Below are positions 58,477 to 64,000 of a DNA stretch of 64,000 nt, one piece after another. The notes below the pieces were generated by a model. The model did no database searches. It worked only from the letters and a program-made list of their open reading frames with translations, and had not been told where the DNA came from. The position numbers were made by a program, and so were the translations under genes. Source of the DNA: a virus (Duplodnaviria > Caudoviricetes); the IMG/VR virus record IMGVR_UViG_3300031994_000044, positions 42,308-106,307 of that record; one strand, written 5' to 3'. Numbering within the stretch: the stretch's first letter is position 1; each line of letters opens with the position of its first letter.

Positions 58477-61299
58477 TTACATTCTGCCCATGGCATTAAC
58501 ATCTTGTCTTCTTACACCAAAATTGTTGTTTCCTGTTTGTTCAATAATTTTATCAGTTAAGTTTCTGATAAACATTGGGTTTGAAAGCAAATTATTTGTA
58601 ATATCAACACTTTCACCATTACTACCGGCTAATGTTATTGTTCCACTTATATTGATATCATAAGTCCCTTTACTGTTTGTGTTTCTGTTTTCAGTATTTT
58701 CTTTTTTCCCTATGAAATCAACTGCTTTTCCTATTTCGGGCTTACCTGTAATATTACTAATTAAATCAGCACCGGCTTTTATACCTTTACCAATCATACT
58801 GATAGGATTCAAAAAGTCAAGGCCACCAAGAGGACTTGTACCAAAATTACCATTGAAATAAGCGTTTTTAACGGTAAATGTGCCTTTTGCAATATTGGTT
58901 TTTCCGTCTTCTTTTTGTTGTCTTTCATCCCTTTTCTTTTTTAGTGTGTTATATAATTCAATATCACCCTTTTCCCTTATTTCACCAAGTAATTTATCAG
59001 AAATTTCGCCAGTGTCTAAACCTTTTCTTATTCGTTTAAGTTTTTTAACACTGTAATCACCTTGTACATTTTCTAAATCTAATCTATTTTTAAATCTTTC
59101 TCTTCTTTTTTGATTAGCAAAACCACCACCTACCCATTTTCCTGCACTAGAGCCTGCTAAACCGCCAATAGCACCGCCAATTAAGCCGCCAATTACTGTA
59201 CCAACTACCGGTACAACAGAACCAATTGCAGCACCAGCAGCAGCACCTCCCCATGCGCCAAGTCCACCACCAATAGCAGAACCTGCTGTTCTGCCAACTT
59301 TTTTAGCAGTGCCATAATTCTTTTTAGTACCAAACTCATCAATACCAGTTTCAACACCGCTTATAACACCACTTATAATACCCGTTCCTTTTGCCATTTT
59401 AGCAATTTTTGCTGCTTGAGCCGCTTTTGCCATTTGTGCTGTTTTTGCTGCTTGAGTTGCCTTTACTGTATTTTGGATTTCGTTAGAAACCTTTGCCGCT
59501 TGTGTCATGGTCGATGTCTTGGCTGCATTAGTAAAGTTTAACGCTTTACTCATAGCACCAGTCCCTTTTGCGCCACCTGCAAGACCGTTACCAATAACCT
59601 TTGTTGTTGTTGTTTCAACCCCTTTGCTTGTATAATTTGTTATTTTAGTTATTTGGCCCATCATATTTGCGCTTTCAACCCCTGTGGCTGCACCTTTACC
59701 AAATATTCCCTTAAATATTCCTCCGACATCTTTTAATGGTGTTGTAAACATATTTACGCCGGATTTTACCATTTGCCCGATACTGCTTATACCTTGTACA
59801 AGGCTTCCAATCATACTAGTGCCTGCAATTATTTTAAGAAGCCCGTTCATTTCTCCTATGGTTGAATATATACCTTTTACAGTATCACCAATACCCATAC
59901 TTTCTGCTATTTGTGCTTTGTTGGCATCATATTGTTTTTCTATTCCCTGATTGATGTCATCAAAACTTCTTAAGGTTCTTGCAATATCTTTAATATCAGC
60001 AGCTTGGTCTTGTGTTTCTTTTACTAAATCTTGATAATCAGCATTTGATAATTCGTCAATTGATTTAAATTGTCCGTTTATTGAAACACCTGCTTTACCC
60101 TCTTCATTGAATGTTGCAGAATTTTTCAATAATTCCTGCATTTTTTCATCCAAACCACGGGCATTTGCAGAACCTTTTATTTGTTTATCTATTTCTTCAC
60201 GTTTAGCCTTGGTAGTAACGCTATCCATTAATTGTGAATAGTCCATACCCATAGCTTCGGCTGCTGCTTTAATGCGTTGTTTATCAAATGCAGAAACTTC
60301 AATTTCACCTGTTTTTTTATTAAAACTGCCAAGTCCGCCAATCATGGTTGTAATTCTATCAGTTAAGCCCTCCATATCCATAAGGCCCTCTGACAGCATT
60401 CCTAATGGGTCGGCTATAGAAGCAAATGAGCCACCTAATACTTGTAATTTTGAAGCAACATCAATTGACCCTTCTATTGTACTAACTTTATTAGCAAATG
60501 AAGCCACTTGTGCCATATCAAGTTTTAGCGCTGTGGCTTTTTTAGCCATGCTTTCAAGACCTTTTAAACCATTTTTAAATGTATAATTCTGAGCAATTTT
60601 AATATTTTTTACAACATTTTCAGAATATTTTGTGAATGATAAACCTTCGGCTGATGCTTCTGCAAACATCTTACTCGCATGTTCTCCCGCACCGTTTAAA
60701 TTGACACCAAAATGTTCAAATGCGGTTGCCAATTCCACTGCGCCATCTTTCATAACCGCCGTCATTGCGGCTAAGGTTTCTTGTTGTGTATTGTCAATTC
60801 TCAGATTTCTACCTACAGTCTTAGCATAACTTTCCTGTGCTTTAATTAGGTCTTCTGTTGAAATATTATAATTTATACCAATTTTTTGGTTAACAACATT
60901 GTCAATGGTTTGTTTTCTGAGTTTGGCCATTCCCTCACCGGTCATGGCAATAGTTTTAGCATACTCAGATGCAGCCTTGTCAGCTTTAGTCCAAGGCTCA
61001 ATCATTTCTTTTACATTCTCGGAAACTTCCCTTACACTTCGTTTAGCTTGATAAATAGATTTACCCATGTTTTGGAATAGGGTGTCAATACCTGAAAGTA
61101 TGTTTCCTATTTTATTGAAACCATGGGCATTAGATATATTATCCGCTATTTCATCATTCCAAAAAGATTCATCATCTTTTTTTTTGCTTTTACGCCCTCC
61201 TTTACTACCGCCACTACCACCATTAGAAGGCTCGTAACCACCACCGTCTTCTAATAAATCTATAATTTTTTCTAACTTTTTTTCAAGGTCTTTATCCAT
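58477..61299 (-). CDS. Tail tape measure protein
   Basis: Helical A/K/G-rich protein with Gly-rich hydrophobic stretches (GAAAGAAIGSVVPVVGTVIGGLIGG), downstream of the chaperones. Confidence 0.8.
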   Translation of the reverse strand: MDKDLEKKLEKIIDLLEDGGGYEPSNGGSGGSKGGRKSKKKDDESFWNDEIADNISNAHGFNKIGNILSGIDTLFQNMGKSIYQAKRSVREVSENVKEMIEPWTKADKAASEYAKTIAMTGEGMAKLRKQTIDNVVNQKIGINYNISTEDLIKAQESYAKTVGRNLRIDNTQQETLAAMTAVMKDGAVELATAFEHFGVNLNGAGEHASKMFAEASAEGLSFTKYSENVVKNIKIAQNYTFKNGLKGLESMAKKATALKLDMAQVASFANKVSTIEGSIDVASKLQVLGGSFASIADPLGMLSEGLMDMEGLTDRITTMIGGLGSFNKKTGEIEVSAFDKQRIKAAAEAMGMDYSQLMDSVTTKAKREEIDKQIKGSANARGLDEKMQELLKNSATFNEEGKAGVSINGQFKSIDELSNADYQDLVKETQDQAADIKDIARTLRSFDDINQGIEKQYDANKAQIAESMGIGDTVKGIYSTIGEMNGLLKIIAGTSMIGSLVQGISSIGQMVKSGVNMFTTPLKDVGGIFKGIFGKGAATGVESANMMGQITKITNYTSKGVETTTTKVIGNGLAGGAKGTGAMSKALNFTNAAKTSTMTQAAKVSNEIQNTVKATQAAKTAQMAKAAQAAKIAKMAKGTGIISGVISGVETGIDEFGTKKNYGTAKKVGRTAGSAIGGGLGAWGGAAAGAAIGSVVPVVGTVIGGLIGGAIGGLAGSSAGKWVGGGFANQKRRERFKNRLDLENVQGDYSVKKLKRIRKGLDTGEISDKLLGEIREKGDIELYNTLKKKRDERQQKEDGKTNIAKGTFTVKNAYFNGNFGTSPLGGLDFLNPISMIGKGIKAGADLISNITGKPEIGKAVDFIGKKENTENRNTNSKGTYDINISGTITLAGSNGESVDITNNLLSNPMFIRNLTDKIIEQTGNNNFGVRRQDVNAMGRM

Positions 61300-61351
61300 T
61301 GTAATTATAATATTTCAATATATAAATAGGTATAATTAAAATTCTTAAAAT

Positions 61352-61378
61352 AAAAAAAGCGGTATAATCACCGCTTTT
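61352..61378 (-). terminator. Intrinsic terminator after the chaperone ORFs
   Basis: AAAAAAAGCGGT-ATAATC-ACCGCTTTT. Confidence 0.65.
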
Positions 61379-61682
61379 GAGCATTTTTATTCATTTGTTC
61401 AAGTTTTGCAAATGCATTGATTGTTTCACCGCCATAAGTTCTTGTATTACTATTAGTTGTTTCTTCCATTTCTTTATTTATTTCGTCTTGTTCTCTATTG
61501 TGTTTGCTAATCAAAGAACGCCTGTCTTGTATTGGCAAACGCATAATCATATCCCAAGACATTCCAATATGTTTGAAACAGCCCCATTCTTCATCAAGAA
61601 GATTTTTAGCATACTCATTCGGGGATATTGAGAAATAGAAATTGGTCAAGTTGCAGAAAGGTAGTGAAAGAGCCACCTCCAA
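61368..61682 (-). CDS. Tail assembly chaperone C-terminal extension (probably expressed by frameshift)
   Basis: 'LLDEEW...HIGMSWDMIMRLPIQDRR' resembles small tail chaperones. It overlaps the previous gene in the +1 frame and has no in-frame ATG before the conserved part. Confidence 0.6.
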   Translation of the reverse strand: MEVALSLPFCNLTNFYFSISPNEYAKNLLDEEWGCFKHIGMSWDMIMRLPIQDRRSLISKHNREQDEINKEMEETTNSNTRTYGGETINAFAKLEQMNKNAQKR

Positions 61683-62910
61683 GACTCTCAGGCCTTTCTA
61701 CTGTAATAGTATAATCGACACCAGGTTCATTATCTTTCATATATTTTCTCAATGCCGAAGAATCTCTTACATTCATCTTCATTATAAAATCTGAAATATA
61801 ATTTTTATCGGTAATACCATCAATTGCCATAATAAGAAGTTTCATTCTGTTTGTCAAAAGATGGTTGAATTTCAGTGCTTCCTCTTCGTCCATGTTTTCA
61901 GCCCAATTTTCTATTGTTCTGATTGCCTTACGGACATTTACTTTTTGTTCCTTATCAACATCGTTATCACTTTCAATAAAGGTATCAAGAGTGCTTACAT
62001 AATCCTTTATTGTATTCATTTTAAGTCTTGCATCTTCCGCTTTATTCATCTTTTCAAGCAATACATTGTCACGATGTGTGGGGAATCTGAATTTAACAAT
62101 TTTCTTGCTGACAGGAAGTTCGAACTCAAACCATCCATTTGTATCACCTTTTAAGTTAAACTCTTTGTATTTAAGTTTGGATAAATCAACAACGGATTCA
62201 AATTCTTTTCCTGTTGCATCGTCAGTTGCAGTTATCGGGTATTCGTTGCCGTAACCGCTTGCTCTAAGGAATAATATAATAGCGTCTCTATCGCCCTCAA
62301 GTAAATCCATGGGGTCTATTTCTTGGCTTAAAAGTTTTTCCTGAAGAATATAATCAAGAATTAAATTGTCACGATAAAGGTTTGGTGACACAATCATATT
62401 TTCATCATAAGCAGTAAGATATGCGACTGAAGCCTTGGAGATTTTGTCTTTATAACCCTCACCCTTTGAAGGCAATGGTATAACATCAAATGCTGCTTCT
62501 GGATTATAATTACCTTTTGAAGGTATATATTCCTGTTCAAGTCTTGCCGATGTTGTGTCTATTGCTTTTGCTAATTTTTCCTTTTTATCATTTTCTGTTT
62601 TATTTATCATATCAACAATATTTGAAGTGTTTGACACTTCATTTTTTTGTTTTGTACTTCTTTTCTTAATTTTAAGGTCCTCTTCTTTTCCACCGTTTTC
62701 AATATATTGTTTGATAACATCCTGCTCGGCTTCGTTTATTAACCTTAATTCTTCTTCAATATCTTCTTTTGTATACCTTTTTGTTCCGTCATTGTTTAAA
62801 GCCTCTTTCATTCTTTTTTCTGTTGATTTTTTTGTATTTTCATACATTTCAAAAGAAACTTTCAACTGTTTAAGAATTTTTTCTTGTGAATATCCGTTTG
62901 TATCTGCCAT
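61615..62910 (-). CDS. Baseplate hub / tail assembly chaperone (T4 gp26-like)
   Basis: 'VIPLPSKG..Y', 'YLTA.DENMI.S', 'LL.GDRDAI..FLR..GYG..Y', 'F.LP.SK..VKF', 'DS..LRKY.....PG.D'. Confidence 0.75.
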   Translation of the reverse strand: MADTNGYSQEKILKQLKVSFEMYENTKKSTEKRMKEALNNDGTKRYTKEDIEEELRLINEAEQDVIKQYIENGGKEEDLKIKKRSTKQKNEVSNTSNIVDMINKTENDKKEKLAKAIDTTSARLEQEYIPSKGNYNPEAAFDVIPLPSKGEGYKDKISKASVAYLTAYDENMIVSPNLYRDNLILDYILQEKLLSQEIDPMDLLEGDRDAIILFLRASGYGNEYPITATDDATGKEFESVVDLSKLKYKEFNLKGDTNGWFEFELPVSKKIVKFRFPTHRDNVLLEKMNKAEDARLKMNTIKDYVSTLDTFIESDNDVDKEQKVNVRKAIRTIENWAENMDEEEALKFNHLLTNRMKLLIMAIDGITDKNYISDFIMKMNVRDSSALRKYMKDNEPGVDYTITVERPESLGGGSFTTFLQLDQFLFLNIPE

Positions 62911-62913
62911 ATT

Positions 62914-63415
62914 TTAATGTCTTTTTTTCTTATTTTCTTCAATTATCATTTTTTCAGTATAAATATTTATCCATTCTTTTAATTCTTTTAAGACTTTTTG
63001 GGGGTTTTTATTTATGTCATGTTCCCAAAATCTAATTAAAGGTATGTGCTTGTTTTCGGCCCATTTATTTTTTACCTCATCAACACGATGGTTTTTTTTC
63101 TGCATGGGTGTCATTTCTTCATATGTTTTGTCATAACCATGCCATTCACCAATAATCCCCATCTATTTCAACTAATATTTTACCACCATTAGGTATTTTT
63201 ATTACAAAATCATAAAATCTTCCTATTTCTTCTGATTTATATTGATATACATAATCTATTCCTAATTTATCTAAAAATTCTTTTGCAAATTTTTCTTCTA
63301 ATTTTGAAGTTCCGTATTCAAAATGTTTTTTCTTATATGTACAGTTTTTTTTAGAATTTTGTTTTGCTGTTTTTTTGGTTTTAACTAATTTTTTATTTTT
63401 TATCGGTTGTGCCAT
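62914..63415 (-). CDS. DUF559/Vsr-like endonuclease split into two frames (recoded gene or pseudogene)
   Basis: The first half 'SKLE..F...LD.LGI.Y..QY...FYDF...VEIDGDYW*' and the second half 'HG...D..KNKWA....IPLIRFWEHDI' join into one canonical domain. Confidence 0.75.
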
Positions 63416-63578
63416 TTATATAATCAATAATTTCGTTTATATTATAGTTTCTTTTAGTTATATAAAATAATTTTATACCATTTTCTTCACAAAGTTCTCT
63501 TTTTTTATCGTCACGTTCTTTTTGTGTTAAATAATAAAGCCTTAAATCATCCCATGTTGGTACATTATTTTTTTCCAT
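63393..63578 (-). pseudogene. Short ORF resembling only the C-terminal part of a DUF559/Vsr-like endonuclease
   Basis: 'QKERDDKKRELCEENGIKLFYI' matches the C-terminal D..K...C...GI.L..I pattern; the catalytic N-terminal half is absent. Confidence 0.45.
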
Positions 63579-63584
63579 GTTCTT

Positions 63585-63920
63585 TTAATTTTTATTTTTA
63601 TATTTCTTTTTAAAATAATAATTATGCTCTTTCAATATTTTTAAATTATCGTCTATTTTTTTGCATTCTTCTTTAAATTTAGTCACTTCTTCAAATGGAA
63701 GCATAAACCATTCCCCTTTCACTTTGTCAGAATAATATTTTTGATGAAGTTGTTTTTCCATAACAAATGGAAATTCGGTTTCATATTGGTCAATTAGATA
63801 TATTTCGCCTGAATTGCCTGTTTGGAGTTTTTTTATTCTGTTTTCAACTTTACCTGTTGTAACCCCAATCTTGTAAATATTTTCCTTTCCATTTTCACCT
63901 AATAAATAGACAACACCCAT
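63585..63920 (-). CDS. GIY-YIG nuclease domain protein (T5orf172/MUG113-like)
   Basis: 'VYLL...YKIGVT...VENRIKKLQTGN...EKQLH..Y....VKGEWF'. Start MGVVYL at 63920. Confidence 0.85.
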   Translation of the reverse strand: MGVVYLLGENGKENIYKIGVTTGKVENRIKKLQTGNSGEIYLIDQYETEFPFVMEKQLHQKYYSDKVKGEWFMLPFEEVTKFKEECKKIDDNLKILKEHNYYFKKKYKNKN

Positions 63921-64000
63921 TTTTTTTATTAAAAATAGCACTTTTATATACTTTTGTCAATAAAAAACCAAAAAAAGAACTATTTATGTTAAAAATAGTC

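Noticed and set aside
824-62917. Numerous short + strand and nested ORFs in the ORF track (e.g. 3511-3915, 7872-8411, 43356-43829, 47448-48017)
   Set aside because: They are antisense shadows or alternate frames of well-supported genes, with F/S/L/I-biased composition and no motifs.
1-64000. Stop-codon reassignment (TAG or TGA read as sense), as in some gut Bacteroidota phages
   Set aside because: Genes up to 6 kb are intact in code 11, and TAG (7453, 36783) and TGA end genes at sensible positions. The two TGA breaks need a frame change, not readthrough.
1-64000. tRNA, rRNA, integrase, capsid, terminase or DNA polymerase genes
   Set aside because: None were recognised. Intergenic regions are short and AT-rich, and these modules presumably lie outside the window.

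Overview
This is a 64-kb, AT-rich, densely coding segment of a large tailed (myovirus-type) phage, with almost all genes on the - strand. The host is probably an anaerobic Bacteroidota: a TAnnTTTG-type promoter is present, leaders are A-rich with no clear Shine-Dalgarno, there is a Bacteroidales-type 'HEYVDLGLPSG' domain, and the RNR is class III. Modules from left to right: (i) a type II-like R-M pair, a sigma70 factor, an SbcC/gp46 ATPase and a RuvC-like resolvase; (ii) two inverted fibre paralogs, one ending in what looks like a DGR variable region; (iii) a 21-kb block of large virion/baseplate genes ending in gp6- and gp25-like genes; (iv) two glycosyltransferase genes (about 4 GT domains) beside a GPT-collagen fibre; (v) replication and nucleotide genes (nrdDG, helicase, 5'-3' exonuclease, phoH, recA/uvsX, tdk, SSB); (vi) a tail hub with NlpC/P60, the tape measure and tail chaperones; (vii) small endonuclease genes. 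The most notable observations are an orphan DGR-like target gene, a candidate 'stop-hop' (TGG-TGA-A-TGG) that would restore a DUF559/Vsr-like nuclease, a probable +1 frameshift in the tail chaperone, a shared MAQP N-terminus on three DNA enzymes, two promoter classes that split replication from structural genes, an IS200/IS605-like end hairpin with its own promoter, and apparent GATC avoidance. All product calls come from reading motifs by eye; no database searches were run.
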